Of a DNA stretch of 64,000 nt, positions 10,069 to 21,024 are shown in pieces. The stretch is from positions 248,001-312,000 of the forward strand of contig CALSSD010000013.1 of NCBI GenBank assembly GCA_943788915.1. The letters run 5' to 3'. The DNA comes from an uncultured Acidimicrobiales bacterium (GTDB taxonomy: Bacteria > Actinomycetota > Acidimicrobiia > Acidimicrobiales > UBA10347). The stretch's first letter is position 1; each line of letters starts with the position of its first letter. The translations under genes and the position numbers were made by a program. Below the pieces are notes generated by a model. That model saw only the letters and a list, made by a program, of their open reading frames with translations, had not been told where the DNA came from and searched no databases.

Positions 10069-10944
10069 TTAGCGACTGAAGAACAGCTGAAGTTCCATCG
10101 TGGCATTGTCTTCGACACTGACCACCACCGCAGCTGTTGGTTTCGCAATGTCGTAGTCGGACAGCAACATGCCCTCGAGGTTGCCAAAAACGATGATCAC
10201 CCCTGCCTGGAGCTCCGCAGTGAGTGGGATAGTGACAGTATTCGTCACGCCATGCACGGTCAGGTTTCCAACAGCCTGCACCTGGATCGACGCACCCTCG
10301 GCGGGCACGGAACCAAGCTCGATTGGTTGTGTCAGCTCAAATCGAGCCTCAGGGAATACCGCAGTCTCGATACCACCATTCGGTCCTCGCAGAGCACCGG
10401 TGCGGCTGTTGTTGTCGGTGATGAGGCCTGTCATGTCGACCACGAACTCAGCACCGATGACTTGGGTATCAACAAGCTCCAGTGAACCCGAGACGCCCGG
10501 GGTCCGACCAACGACCGTTTTGGCGCCGAAGTTGGCCAACTCTTCGTTGATACGGAAACCAGCAAAACTTGACCCGCAGACATCGGTAAGACACGTGGCA
10601 TCGAAGGTGCCAATCGACGTGTCGATCGACCACACACCGTCGGTCGCTGCACCCACCGATGCGTTGGAGTCTGGCTGGCCACTATCGAGTTCGGTTTCGC
10701 CTTCATCATCGGCATATGCGCCGTCGGCTGACTCGACGGCCGCTGTTGGCTGGGCGGGGTCAGCGGTCGTGTCGCCGCCGCCTGCTGCAGCCGCAGCGAT
10801 CGCTTCCTGCCGCGCCTCGGCGGCCTCAACCGAATCAACCGAAACCGGAGCACTGTCTCGGAAGAACAGGAAGAAGATCGCGAGCGCGACCACCACCAAA
10901 CCGACTACGCCACTACCAACAATGAGCTTCGTACGTTTTCCCAC
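10069..10944 (-). CDS. Membrane-anchored YceI family protein
   Basis: N-terminal TM; GFRINEEL, GNLTVHGVT motif. Confidence 0.85.
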   Translation of the reverse strand: MGKRTKLIVGSGVVGLVVVALAIFFLFFRDSAPVSVDSVEAAEARQEAIAAAAAGGGDTTADPAQPTAAVESADGAYADDEGETELDSGQPDSNASVGAATDGVWSIDTSIGTFDATCLTDVCGSSFAGFRINEELANFGAKTVVGRTPGVSGSLELVDTQVIGAEFVVDMTGLITDNNSRTGALRGPNGGIETAVFPEARFELTQPIELGSVPAEGASIQVQAVGNLTVHGVTNTVTIPLTAELQAGVIIVFGNLEGMLLSDYDIAKPTAAVVVSVEDNATMELQLFFSR

Positions 10945-10992
10945 CCGGTGATGCTACGGCACAACACTGTGACATCCGGGGCAGTACCGCGC

Positions 10993-13869
10993 TTATGCCC
11001 GGCGGCCCGCCAGAACGGGTTTGAGGAACATGCCAGTGAAGCTGTCGGGATTGTCCGCAACGACCTCGGGCGACCCTTGGGCCACCACCTCGCCGCCACC
11101 GTCGCCCCCGAAAGGACCAAGGTCGATAATCCAGTCGGCGGTCTTCACCACGTCGAGATTGTGCTCGATCACCAACACGGTGTTGCCTTGATCGACCAAA
11201 CGACTGAGCACGTTCAGCAGCTTCCGGATGTCCTCGAAGTGCAGGCCGGTCGTAGGTTCGTCGAGGATATAGATGGTGTGGCCGGTGCTGCGTTTTGCCA
11301 GCTCACTTGCGAGCTTGACCCGCTGGGCTTCGCCACCCGACAAGGTTGGGGCTGACTGGCCGAGTCGCACATACCCCAGGCCGACATCAACAAGTGTCTG
11401 CATGTGACGGGCGATCGGCGGCTGGTTCGAGAAGAACTCCAGCGCCTCTTCAGCAGGCATGTTCAACACGTCGGCAATCGTCTTGCCCTTAAACATGATG
11501 TCGAGGGTGTCTCGGTTGTACCGACTGCCCTTGCAGATCTCACACGGCACATACACGTCGGGCAAGAAGTGCATCTCGATCTTGATGGTGCCATCGCCTG
11601 CGCATGATTCGCACCGGCCACCCTTGACATTGAACGAGAAACGACCAGGCATGTAGCCACGCACGCGGGACTCTTGCGTCTGGGCGAACAACTTGCGAAC
11701 ATGGTCGAACACGCCGGTATAGGTCGCCGGGTTTGATCGAGGTGTGCGCCCGATGGGCTGTTGGTCGATGTTGATGACCTTGTCGAGGTGTTCGATGCCT
11801 TCGACCGTCTTGTGCCGACCCGGCACATTTTTCGACTTGTAGATGCGTTGCATCAACGAGCGGTAGAGGATCTGATTTACCAGCGTGCTCTTGCCAGAAC
11901 CTGATACGCCGGTGACAGCGACGAAACAGCCGAGCGGGAAATCGACATCGAGATTTCGCAGGTTGTTCTCGGTCGCTCCACGAACCGTCACAACGTCGCC
12001 GGTCGGTTCGCGACGAATCGCCGGAACAGGAATCTCTTTTTTGCCCGACAGATATTGACCGGTCAGCGATTTCTTGTTCTTCAGCAGCTGCTTGTAGGTG
12101 CCAGAATGCACCACCTCGCCGCCGTGCTCACCAGCACCTGGGCCGATATCGACGATGTGATCTGCAATTTGCATGGTCTCTTCGTCGTGTTCAACAACAA
12201 GCACGGTGTTGCCCAGATCGCGCAACCGCACCAATGTCTCGATCAACCGTTTGTTGTCGCGCTGATGAAGACCAATCGACGGTTCGTCGAGCACGTAGAG
12301 CACACCCACGAGCCCGCTGCCGATCTGGGAAGCAAGCCGGATGCGTTGGGCCTCGCCTCCCGACAATGTTCCCGCCGAGCGTCCTAGCGAGAGGTATTCA
12401 AGACCAACATCGACCAGGAAGCCGATACGTGCGTTGATCTCCTTCATGACTTCTGACGCAATCAGAAGATCACGATCGCTCAACTGGAGTTCGGCCAAGA
12501 CCTTGGCTGCATCACGAATGGACATCGCGCAGATCTCAGCAATATTGCGTCCATCAACGGTAACGGCAAGGGTCAGTGGGCGAAGTCGGGCACCGTCGCA
12601 GGTCGAACAGGGCACCTCGCGCATGTATCCCTCGATCTGCTCACGCTGTCGATCGCTGTCGCTCTCGCTGTGACGACGTACCAGGTACGGCACGACACCC
12701 TCGTAGTTCGCCTGGTAGCTCCGACGACGGCCATAACGATTCTTGTAGGAAACCTCGACCTGGCCCTTACCTCCGCCGTACAGCAGAAGTTTCTGTTTGG
12801 CTTTGGTGAGTTTGCCAAACGGCGCGTTGATGTCGATCGTGTTGTCTTCGCAGACCGCCTCGAGCAGACGCTCGAAATAACGCGACCGGCCACCACCCCA
12901 CACGGTGATGGCCCCATCCGCCACACTGATGTCTTCGTTCGGCACGATCAATGACGGATCAACTTCGAACCGGGTGCCCAGGCCGTCACAACGCTGGCAC
13001 GCGCCGTATGGCGAGTTGAACGAGAAGTTTCGGGGCGCGATTTCTTCGAATGACTTGCCATCGCTCGGCCGAGACAGGTGTTCGCTGAACGTCAGGATCT
13101 CGGGTTCAGCGTCGCTGCCCTTGTCTGGCACGATCTCGATCTGAGCCAGACCCTCGGCCAATCCAAGCGCGGTTTCGAGAGACTCAGTGAGCCGGCGGTC
13201 GATGCCTTCTCGTTGTACCAGACGATCAACGATGACCTCGATGTCATGGATCTCGTATCGCTCAAGTTGCAACTTGGGCATGCCGTTGTCGTCGTCGCCA
13301 GCAATGTCGGCCAGGTCGTGGACCTCGCCATCGATACGCACCCGGGCGAAACCGTCTCGGGCAAGATCGGCCACGAGTGTTTCGTAGGTTCCTTTGCGGC
13401 CCCGAACAACCGGTGCAATCACCTGAAAACGGGTGCCCTCGGGCAACGTCAGAATGCGATCGACGATTTGCTGTGGCGTCTGCCGTACCAACCGCTCGCC
13501 GGTGTCAGGGTCGTGAGGGATGCCGATGCGAGCGAAGAGCAACCGAAGGTAGTCATAGACCTCGGTGATGGTGCCGACGGTCGAGCGAGGGTTCCGAGAT
13601 GCACTCTTTTGATCGATCGAAATTGCAGGCGACAGCCCCTCGATGAAGTCGACATCGGGTTTGTCCATCTGGCCCAAGAACTGACGGGCGTATGCCGACA
13701 ACGACTCAACGTAGCGGCGCTGGCCCTCGGCGTAGATGGTGTCAAACGCCAACGACGACTTGCCCGAACCGGACAACCCGGTAAACACGATGAGTTTGTC
13801 GCGTGGCAGATCGACACTGACATTTTTAAGGTTGTGCTCACGGGCACCCTGTACGACCAGACGTTCCAC
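10993..13869 (-). CDS. uvrA: Excinuclease ABC subunit A
   Basis: Two Walker A motifs ([16 protein letters not shown]), LSGGEAQR twice, Zn fingers. Confidence 0.99.
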   Translation of the reverse strand: MERLVVQGAREHNLKNVSVDLPRDKLIVFTGLSGSGKSSLAFDTIYAEGQRRYVESLSAYARQFLGQMDKPDVDFIEGLSPAISIDQKSASRNPRSTVGTITEVYDYLRLLFARIGIPHDPDTGERLVRQTPQQIVDRILTLPEGTRFQVIAPVVRGRKGTYETLVADLARDGFARVRIDGEVHDLADIAGDDDNGMPKLQLERYEIHDIEVIVDRLVQREGIDRRLTESLETALGLAEGLAQIEIVPDKGSDAEPEILTFSEHLSRPSDGKSFEEIAPRNFSFNSPYGACQRCDGLGTRFEVDPSLIVPNEDISVADGAITVWGGGRSRYFERLLEAVCEDNTIDINAPFGKLTKAKQKLLLYGGGKGQVEVSYKNRYGRRRSYQANYEGVVPYLVRRHSESDSDRQREQIEGYMREVPCSTCDGARLRPLTLAVTVDGRNIAEICAMSIRDAAKVLAELQLSDRDLLIASEVMKEINARIGFLVDVGLEYLSLGRSAGTLSGGEAQRIRLASQIGSGLVGVLYVLDEPSIGLHQRDNKRLIETLVRLRDLGNTVLVVEHDEETMQIADHIVDIGPGAGEHGGEVVHSGTYKQLLKNKKSLTGQYLSGKKEIPVPAIRREPTGDVVTVRGATENNLRNLDVDFPLGCFVAVTGVSGSGKSTLVNQILYRSLMQRIYKSKNVPGRHKTVEGIEHLDKVINIDQQPIGRTPRSNPATYTGVFDHVRKLFAQTQESRVRGYMPGRFSFNVKGGRCESCAGDGTIKIEMHFLPDVYVPCEICKGSRYNRDTLDIMFKGKTIADVLNMPAEEALEFFSNQPPIARHMQTLVDVGLGYVRLGQSAPTLSGGEAQRVKLASELAKRSTGHTIYILDEPTTGLHFEDIRKLLNVLSRLVDQGNTVLVIEHNLDVVKTADWIIDLGPFGGDGGGEVVAQGSPEVVADNPDSFTGMFLKPVLAGRRA

Positions 13870-13875
13870 TGTTAT

Positions 13876-14150
13876 ACCGCTCGCTTCGCTGCTCCTGGCA
13901 TTCGCCAGATCGTGTTCTCGCTCATCATGCGGGCCTCGAACTGTCGCACCGCTCGCTTCGCTGCTCCTGGCATTCGCCAGATCGTGTTCTCGCTCATCAT
14001 GCGGGCCTCGAACTGTCGCACCGCTCGCTTCGCTGCTCCTGGCATTCGCCAGATCGTGTTCTCGCTCATCATGCGGGCCTCGAACTGTCGCACCGCTCGC
14101 TTCGCTGTTATGCCGCTCGCTTGGCGGCTCCTGGCATTCACCAGATCGTG
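13876..14150. repeat. 72-bp tandem repeat (3 identical copies, a partial and a degenerate copy)
   Basis: Identical units start at 13876, 13948, 14020; partial at 14092; diverged copy ~14105-14150. Confidence 0.97.
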
Positions 14151-14206
14151 GGCAACTCGCAACGTTCTAGGCTGAGTCCTGACGCCCTCAAAACAAGTCA
14201 TTACCG

Positions 14207-15646
14207 TCACCCTACCGTTCCACCAATGTCGAACAGGCGTTCTAGTCGGTGAGGTGCTGGGGTCGTGCCATCGCCCCATGATTCAACGATGTGTTCGCCC
14301 ATAGGCGTCGACGGCGGACCGCCGACGAAAGGCCAGAGTTCCTCGGCGATCCGACGCCAATTGGCCCGGGCCTCCAGCTCGCCAAACACGGCGAGCAGGC
14401 CGAGATTAATGCGCTGCACAACGGTGTAGTTCGGTGGCATATTCGTGTACTGGGCAATACCGTCGGTGGCTTCGCTAAAGGCAAAGATCTGGCGCACCGT
14501 TTCCGACGCGTACTCGGGTGTCGTCGTGTAATCATCGTCGTAGCGCACAAACTCGTAAAAGTGTCCGAAGTACTGACGCAGTTGTTCTTCGCTGACCTTC
14601 TCCTCGGCCTCAGGTGCCAAGAGTTTCTGACGAATCGCTTCGGAACGGTACGTCACCATGTCGTCGTCGATCACCATCGCCTTGATCAGCGTCATAAACC
14701 CATCAACGGCATCCTGATCGAAGTGTTTGACGAGCCCGTAATCCAGAAAGGTCACCTGTCCCCCAGGGCGGAAAATGTAGTTGCCAGGATGGGGATCGCC
14801 ATTGAACGCATGCAGTTTGTACATGGAGCCAAACGTGAATCGGTACAAGGTTTCGGCAGCGAGATTGCGTTCCTCTTGTGACCATGTGAGCAGCTCGTCG
14901 AAACGATGCCCGGTAGCCAGCTCAGTCGTGAGCACTCGCTGGGTTGAGTGTTCAAACACCACAGCTGGCACGTGGATGTAGGGATGACCCTGGTAGTACG
15001 TCCAGAACTTGTGCTGATTCCGGGCCTCGAGGTCATAGTCGACTTCTTCGACGAGCCGCTCGGTTAGCTCTTGTACCAGAGGCTTCGGGTCAAGGCTGGG
15101 AAAAGCTCGGCCCATGATCCGAAGTAATGGATCGGCATTACTCAGGTCATTCTTGATCGCCTGATCAACACCTGGATACTGCACCTTCACCGCCACGGCA
15201 CGGCCGTCGTGGGTTAGTGCTCGATGCACTTGCCCAATCGAGGCTGCCGCTATGGGTTCGCGATCAAACTCGGCGAAAACCTGATCAGGTGGCGCACCCA
15301 ACTCAGCGGTTATCGCACCAACAACGAGATCATGGCTCATCGGAGGAGCGTCCTGTTGCAACGCTGAGAGCGTCTTGCGCATGTGCTCGGGCATGCCTTG
15401 GTCCAGATAGCTGGCCATCTGACCGAGCTTCATGAAGGCACCCTTCATATTGCCGAGACGTTTCACCACATCTTCGGCCGTCTTCAGCTCAAACGCTCGA
15501 TCGAGTTCTTCCTTACGGCCTGCATCGGCAAAAATTCGGCGAGCCTTGTGTGCACCCCACCGGGCGCCGACCTTCGATCCAAGACCCGCGATTTGTACAT
15601 TCCGGGCGGCTCGGCCGACCTTGCTGATAGGAGTGTCCTGGCTCAC
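14207..15646 (-). CDS. AarF/ABC1/UbiB family kinase
   Basis: MKLGQ, AAASIGQVHRA, VAVKVQYP, DPHPGN, LDYG. Confidence 0.93.
   Translation of the reverse strand: MSQDTPISKVGRAARNVQIAGLGSKVGARWGAHKARRIFADAGRKEELDRAFELKTAEDVVKRLGNMKGAFMKLGQMASYLDQGMPEHMRKTLSALQQDAPPMSHDLVVGAITAELGAPPDQVFAEFDREPIAAASIGQVHRALTHDGRAVAVKVQYPGVDQAIKNDLSNADPLLRIMGRAFPSLDPKPLVQELTERLVEEVDYDLEARNQHKFWTYYQGHPYIHVPAVVFEHSTQRVLTTELATGHRFDELLTWSQEERNLAAETLYRFTFGSMYKLHAFNGDPHPGNYIFRPGGQVTFLDYGLVKHFDQDAVDGFMTLIKAMVIDDDMVTYRSEAIRQKLLAPEAEEKVSEEQLRQYFGHFYEFVRYDDDYTTTPEYASETVRQIFAFSEATDGIAQYTNMPPNYTVVQRINLGLLAVFGELEARANWRRIAEELWPFVGGPPSTPMGEHIVESWGDGTTPAPHRLERLFDIGGTVG
14229..14244. promoter_or_regulatory. LexA (SOS)-like box upstream of uvrA
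   Basis: TCGAAC-AGGC-GTTCTA, one mismatch to actinobacterial TCGAAC-N4-GTTCGA; lies in the 3' end of the kinase gene. Confidence 0.6.
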
Positions 15647-15788
15647 GATGGGACTCTATTGGCACCACAGACGATGGGCCGGGTCTGACACGGTTTTCCT
15701 ACGTGACACATGGCGAGCCGGTCAACATCAAACCACATACTCGGACGCTGGTTGGCGGGCAACGCTGGCTGGCGGCCACACTTGTGAG

Positions 15789-16754
15789 ATGGAAACCAGC
15801 TTCGTGACCGTTGCCAATGGAGATATCTCGCTGAACGTCGCGGTACAGGGCGAAGGCCCCCTCATTCTGTGTATCCACGGATGGCCAGAGCTGTGGTACT
15901 CCTGGCGGCACCAGATGGCCTATTTCGCTGACCTCGGATACATGGTCGCGGCGATGGATGTTCGTGGCTACGGAGGGTCATCGAAACCCGACGAAATCGC
16001 GGCGTACACGCTCATCGAGCTCGCTGGCGATGCTGCCGCCGTGATCGACCAACTGGGCGACGGCACCGCAATCGTCTTCGGACATGACTGGGGCGCGCCA
16101 ATTGCGTGGAACACCGCTCGTTTACACCCAGACAAGGTGAGCGCCGTAGCCGGGCTGAGCGTGCCATACCTGCCTGTTGGAGCCAACGATTCGCTCGCTC
16201 TGTGGCGTGAGCGATACACCGCCAACGACAAGTTCTTTTATCAGGTGTATTTCGCTGACCGAGGCGACGAAGCCGAAGCCGAGCTTGGTGCCGACTCGTT
16301 GCGAAGCATCCGCATGATCTACTACTCCGCTTCGGGCGACGGCGTGGGTGGTTTCCTTGGTGAGAAACCAGCGAGTGATGCCATGCTCGACGGTCTCACC
16401 GACCCGGACCCGTTCCCATCGTGGGCGACACCGCAGGATCTGCAGGTGTATGGCGACGCTATGCAGGCCGGCGGATGGAGAGGTCCACTCAACCGGTACC
16501 GGGCCCAGACGCTTGACGCCGAGCAGTTGGGTTCTCGCCCGAACCCCAACCTCACACAGCCAGCAACCTTTATCGGTGGCGAACTCGACATGGTCCGCCA
16601 GTTCGTCGAGGGCCTCGACTTGTACGAGTTCGCCTCACTCGCGTGCGACGACTATCGGGGCACCACCATCGTCGAAGGTGCGGGACACTGGGTGCAGCAG
16701 GAAGCACCCGACGCCGTAAACAGTGCGCTCAAAGCATTTATCGAAGGTCTGTAA
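15789..16754 (+). CDS. Alpha/beta hydrolase, epoxide hydrolase-like
   Basis: HGWPE, GHDWGA, GHWVQQE; start at ATG 15789. Confidence 0.92.
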   Translation: METSFVTVANGDISLNVAVQGEGPLILCIHGWPELWYSWRHQMAYFADLGYMVAAMDVRGYGGSSKPDEIAAYTLIELAGDAAAVIDQLGDGTAIVFGHDWGAPIAWNTARLHPDKVSAVAGLSVPYLPVGANDSLALWRERYTANDKFFYQVYFADRGDEAEAELGADSLRSIRMIYYSASGDGVGGFLGEKPASDAMLDGLTDPDPFPSWATPQDLQVYGDAMQAGGWRGPLNRYRAQTLDAEQLGSRPNPNLTQPATFIGGELDMVRQFVEGLDLYEFASLACDDYRGTTIVEGAGHWVQQEAPDAVNSALKAFIEGL

Positions 16755-16834
16755 CCCGACGCTGCTACACCGACCGGCGAACAAATAGTCCGCTGTACAC
16801 CTTCGAGGCGTCGCCGACTTGCGATGATACAAGA

Positions 16835-17539
16835 GTGTCTTCTTCTAACGTACGGGCCCCGTCGCCCATCGACCGCGCATTCCTGACCGACCAACCTGAG
16901 ACAGGAACCCTGTACCTCGTCCGTCATGGACAGCAACAATGGCCTGATCCGTTGACCTCGGTTGCTGGCGATTGGGTCGACCCACCACTCTCCGAAACAG
17001 GTCGGGCCCAGGCCGACTGCGTTGGCCGATGGCTGGCCGACCGCCCGGTCGCCGCCGTGTACAGCTCTCAACTGTTGCGGGCCAATGACACCGGCAAGGC
17101 CATCGCCCGCCATCACCAGCTTGAGGTCCAGGTCATCGAAGAACTCGAAGAGATCCGACTCTTCGAAGACCTACCGCAGGATGAACGACCAATCGACATC
17201 CTGGGCGAGAGGGCCCTTGACGGCATCCGTGAACGTTTCGTACAAACGCAGAAATGGGATGTGTATCCCCACACTGAACGGTCACTCGACTTTCGTCGTC
17301 GCGTAGGTTGGGCGATCGAATCTGCTCTCGTAACCCACCCCGGCGAAACGATTGTGATCGCGTGCCATGGCGGCGTTATCAATGCCTATCTGTCGGAGAT
17401 CCTGGGCCTTGACGTCGATATGTTCTTCCGGCCGTACCACGCATCGTCGCACCGTATTTTGTTCGGACAAGGCCGCCGAGTCATCGACACGCTCAACGAT
17501 GAGGCCTACCTCGCCGCCGAAGGCCTACTCACTCATTAA
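16835..17539 (+). CDS. Histidine phosphatase family protein
   Basis: LVRHG, DPPLS..G..QA, CHGG. Confidence 0.88.
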   Translation: MSSSNVRAPSPIDRAFLTDQPETGTLYLVRHGQQQWPDPLTSVAGDWVDPPLSETGRAQADCVGRWLADRPVAAVYSSQLLRANDTGKAIARHHQLEVQVIEELEEIRLFEDLPQDERPIDILGERALDGIRERFVQTQKWDVYPHTERSLDFRRRVGWAIESALVTHPGETIVIACHGGVINAYLSEILGLDVDMFFRPYHASSHRILFGQGRRVIDTLNDEAYLAAEGLLTH

Positions 17540-17642
17540 TACTGCGCTTGTTGAGGGTTTGCTGAGGGTTTCCTGAGGCGAGTCATGGCTATCTGAAGAC
17601 CTGTTCTCTCGCGACCATACGTGACTCACGGTTCCGTCGGGC

Positions 17643-19676
17643 TTAGGCCGATTCGCGGATCTCTCGTTTGAGGTCCTTGATCTCGTCGCGGAGACGAGCA
17701 GCGTATTCAAACCGTAGATCGCCTGCAGCCTCGTTCATTTCCTCTTCAAGCGTGCGGACAAGGCGTTCGAGATCATCGCTGTGCATGTTCGAGATATCGG
17801 CCAATGGTTTGTCCCGTTTGCGAGACCGTTTGCCGTCGTTGGGCGATGGAGCCTTCTGCTCGTTCGGACGCAGAAACGCCAGGATGTCGGTGACAGCCTT
17901 GGTGATGGTCTGCGGATCGATGCCGTGTTCCTCGTTGTAGGCCTGTTGCACCGCTCGGCGGCGCTGGGTCTCACCGATCGCAGCGGTCATTGATCTCGTC
18001 ATCTGGTCCGCGTACATCACGACATGGCCCTCGACGTTACGAGCGGCACGTCCCATGGTCTGGATAAGCGACGTCTCGCTGCGCAGGAAACCTTCCTTGT
18101 CGGCATCGAGAATGGCGACCAGGCTGACCTCGGGAAGGTCGAGACCCTCTCGCAACAAGTTGATCCCCACCAGCACGTCAAACTCACCAAGTCGGAGGTC
18201 GCGAAGAATTTCGATCCGTTCAATGGTGTCGACCTCGCTGTGCAGGTAACGAACTCGTATACCCAGCTCGAGCAGGTAGTCGGTGAGGTCCTCGCTCATC
18301 TTCTTGGTCAGAGTCGTAACCAGCACCCGTTCGTCGCGATCGGTGCGTTTGTTGATCTCTTCGATCAAGTCGTCGATCTGCCCCTTGGTAGGGCGCACTT
18401 CGACGAGTGGGTCGACCAGACCGGTTGGACGAACGATCTGCTCGACGATTTGGTCGCTGACATCGAGCTCATAGGCTCCTGGTGTCGCCGACAGGAACAC
18501 GACCTGGCCGAGCCGACCCATCACCTCGTCGAAATTCAATGGGCGGTTATCGGCAGCGGATGGCAGCCGGAACCCGTGCTCGATCAGGACTTCTTTGCGC
18601 TTGCGGTCACCGGCGTATTGGCCATGCAACTGCGGGACGGCAACATGGCTCTCGTCGAGCACCGTCACAAAGTCCTTAGGGAAGTAATCCAGGAGCGTGT
18701 AGGGCGCTTCGCCGGGTGCACGACCGTCGATATGTCGGCTGTAGTTTTCGATGCCGTTGCAGAAACCGATCTCTTCCATCATCTCGAGGTCGTACTCGGT
18801 GCGCATCCTCAGGCGTTGCGCCTCGAGCAACTGCCCATTCTTCTCGAAGTGCGCTAACCGCTGCTGCAGCTCTTCTTGAATCGTGCCGGTTGCGACCGAC
18901 ATGCGATCGTCGCCAGCGACGTAGTGTGTTGCTGGAAAGACACACAGATCGTCGAGTGTGCCCAACCGTTCGCCGGTCAGCACATCGACTCGATGGATCG
19001 CCTCGACCTCGTCGCCAAACATTTCGATGCGGATGGCGTTCTCTTCATAGGCCGGGTGGAGCTCGATGACGTCGCCCTTGACCCGAAAGTTGCCTCGGAC
19101 CAGGTTCATATCATTGCGCTCGTACCGCATATCGATGAGCTGGCGGAGGATGTCGCGCTGGTCGATCTCTTGGCCGGGTTGTAACACCAGCAGGTTGCCC
19201 TCGTAGCCTTCGGGCGCGCCCAAACCGTAGATACACGACACCGACGCAACAATGATCACATCTCGGCGGGTAAGCAATGCCGAAGTACTCGCATGGCGCA
19301 GCCGGTCGATCTCATCATTGACTGAACTGTCTTTTTCGATATAGGTGTCACTCGAAGCCATGTACGCCTCGGGCTGGTAGTAGTCGTAGTACGACACGAA
19401 GTACTCGACCCGATTGTTGGGGAAGAACTCGCGCAGCTCATTGGCCAGCTGCGCCGCCAGCGACTTGTTGGGTGCAATAACGAGTGTTGGTCGTTGCACC
19501 TGTTCAATGGTCCATGCAATGGTTGCGCTCTTGCCGCTACCGGTAATACCGAGCAGTGTCTGGAAACGAGCGCCAGTGTTCAGCCCTTCGGTGAGTTGCT
19601 CGATGGCTTTGGGCTGGTCGCCTGCAGGTTCGAATTCGGTGACCATTTCAAATGGCACATGACGCACTTCAGGCAT
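17643..19676 (-). CDS. uvrB: Excinuclease ABC subunit B
   Basis: [23 protein letters not shown]-terminal UVR domain. Confidence 0.99.
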   Translation of the reverse strand: MPEVRHVPFEMVTEFEPAGDQPKAIEQLTEGLNTGARFQTLLGITGSGKSATIAWTIEQVQRPTLVIAPNKSLAAQLANELREFFPNNRVEYFVSYYDYYQPEAYMASSDTYIEKDSSVNDEIDRLRHASTSALLTRRDVIIVASVSCIYGLGAPEGYEGNLLVLQPGQEIDQRDILRQLIDMRYERNDMNLVRGNFRVKGDVIELHPAYEENAIRIEMFGDEVEAIHRVDVLTGERLGTLDDLCVFPATHYVAGDDRMSVATGTIQEELQQRLAHFEKNGQLLEAQRLRMRTEYDLEMMEEIGFCNGIENYSRHIDGRAPGEAPYTLLDYFPKDFVTVLDESHVAVPQLHGQYAGDRKRKEVLIEHGFRLPSAADNRPLNFDEVMGRLGQVVFLSATPGAYELDVSDQIVEQIVRPTGLVDPLVEVRPTKGQIDDLIEEINKRTDRDERVLVTTLTKKMSEDLTDYLLELGIRVRYLHSEVDTIERIEILRDLRLGEFDVLVGINLLREGLDLPEVSLVAILDADKEGFLRSETSLIQTMGRAARNVEGHVVMYADQMTRSMTAAIGETQRRRAVQQAYNEEHGIDPQTITKAVTDILAFLRPNEQKAPSPNDGKRSRKRDKPLADISNMHSDDLERLVRTLEEEMNEAAGDLRFEYAARLRDEIKDLKREIRESA

Positions 19677-19682
19677 CCTCTA

Positions 19683-19704
19683 GTTCTACCACCACGATGT
19701 GACA
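19683..19704 (-). promoter_or_regulatory. Candidate RecA-NDp/PafBC-like leaderless promoter of uvrB
   Basis: Minus strand TGTCAC-N10-TAGAAC, then 6 nt to ATG; imperfect match to TGTCRG-N10-TAnnnT. Confidence 0.4.
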
Positions 19705-20152
19705 TTCTCATGGGCTCGACCTGTCTTGTCTGCCTATCTCAGGTTGCACCAGAACAACCGACACGACACGAGGCAGCGCAGTACCGTCGTGCTTCCCGGC
19801 GCCAACGCTTCACGATAGAGACGCAATCCCTTCTGCTGCTTCAAACGCCAAATACCGCAAAGCTGAATCCATAGAAACCAGTCCCGCTCTCCTTTGTGTC
19901 GAAGAAGTGTGTTAGCTCCACAGGTCGTCGGTGGCCGGCCACCCGAGTCGGGGTGTGATCTTGCCCACGTCTCCGGTTCCCACGAGACCAAACGCATCAC
20001 CAGTTCGACGTTCGCGAACATGACTGGCCTCAAGGTGGACATGCTGCGTTTCATCTAACGAGCGCTTCTCCATGCAGCAGCGACGGACCATCACCTGTTT
20101 CGTAACACTGTCGTTTCGGCACGGCAGCTGGCCGGTCTCTAAGATCGCCCTT

Positions 20153-20980
20153 ATGTACGACGTGGATGGCAAGACTGCAGTAATCACCGGCGCAGCCAGC
20201 GGTATGGGGCTCGGCATGGCCCGCTCCTTCGCCAACGCTGGCATGAAGCTCGTGCTGGCCGACATCGACGTCTCCCGACTCCAGACTGCGGTCGATGGCC
20301 TCAAAGCCGCAGGCCATAGCGCCATTGGTGTGCCCACCGATGTGAGCAAAGAAGCGGACATTCAGGCACTCGCTCAGGCGGCCCTCGACGAGTTCGGCGC
20401 CGTCCATGTCATGTCGAATAACGCCGGTATCGGCATCCCCGGCACCGTCGACGACATGACGCTCGATGACTGGAAGTGGACGATAGATGTCGACCTATGG
20501 TCTGTCATCTATGGCGTCCGCACCTTTTTGCCCCTGCTGAAAGAACAAGGAGAAGGCCATATCACTGCCACCTCTTCGATGGCGGGCCTCACCTGCGGGC
20601 CAGTACTCGGCGCATATCACGTTGCTAAACACGGCGTCGTTGCGCTAATGGACACCGTGCGTATTGAACTGAAGCTGGCCAAGTCCGAGGTGCGAGCGAG
20701 CGTTCTGTGCCCGGGACCGATCGACACCGATATCGCCTATAGCGAGCGGCTACGGCCCGACGACGTTGAGACTCGCGACAATAACAAGCTCGAAGATAAG
20801 TTTTTTGCAAGCCTTCGCAGTGAACTTGCGGGAGGCATGGACCCGAACGAGGTCGGCGACATGGTCCTCGAAGCCATCCAGAACAATCGGTTCTGGATCC
20901 TGACCCACCCGGAAGAATTCTTGCCGCTCATCGAGAAACGAGTCGCCCACATCAAACGCGACCATGCCCACCGGCTCTAA
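20153..20980 (+). CDS. SDR family oxidoreductase
   Basis: TGAASGMG, NNAG, YHVAK (YxxxK). Confidence 0.92.
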   Translation: MYDVDGKTAVITGAASGMGLGMARSFANAGMKLVLADIDVSRLQTAVDGLKAAGHSAIGVPTDVSKEADIQALAQAALDEFGAVHVMSNNAGIGIPGTVDDMTLDDWKWTIDVDLWSVIYGVRTFLPLLKEQGEGHITATSSMAGLTCGPVLGAYHVAKHGVVALMDTVRIELKLAKSEVRASVLCPGPIDTDIAYSERLRPDDVETRDNNKLEDKFFASLRSELAGGMDPNEVGDMVLEAIQNNRFWILTHPEEFLPLIEKRVAHIKRDHAHRL

Positions 20981-21024
20981 CCCCCTCACCCATCTTGGGG
21001 AAGGTGTTAGCTGGGCTTGGTCGC

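Noticed and set aside
13876..14150. CRISPR array
   Set aside because: Units are identical end to end with no unique spacers, and no cas genes are present
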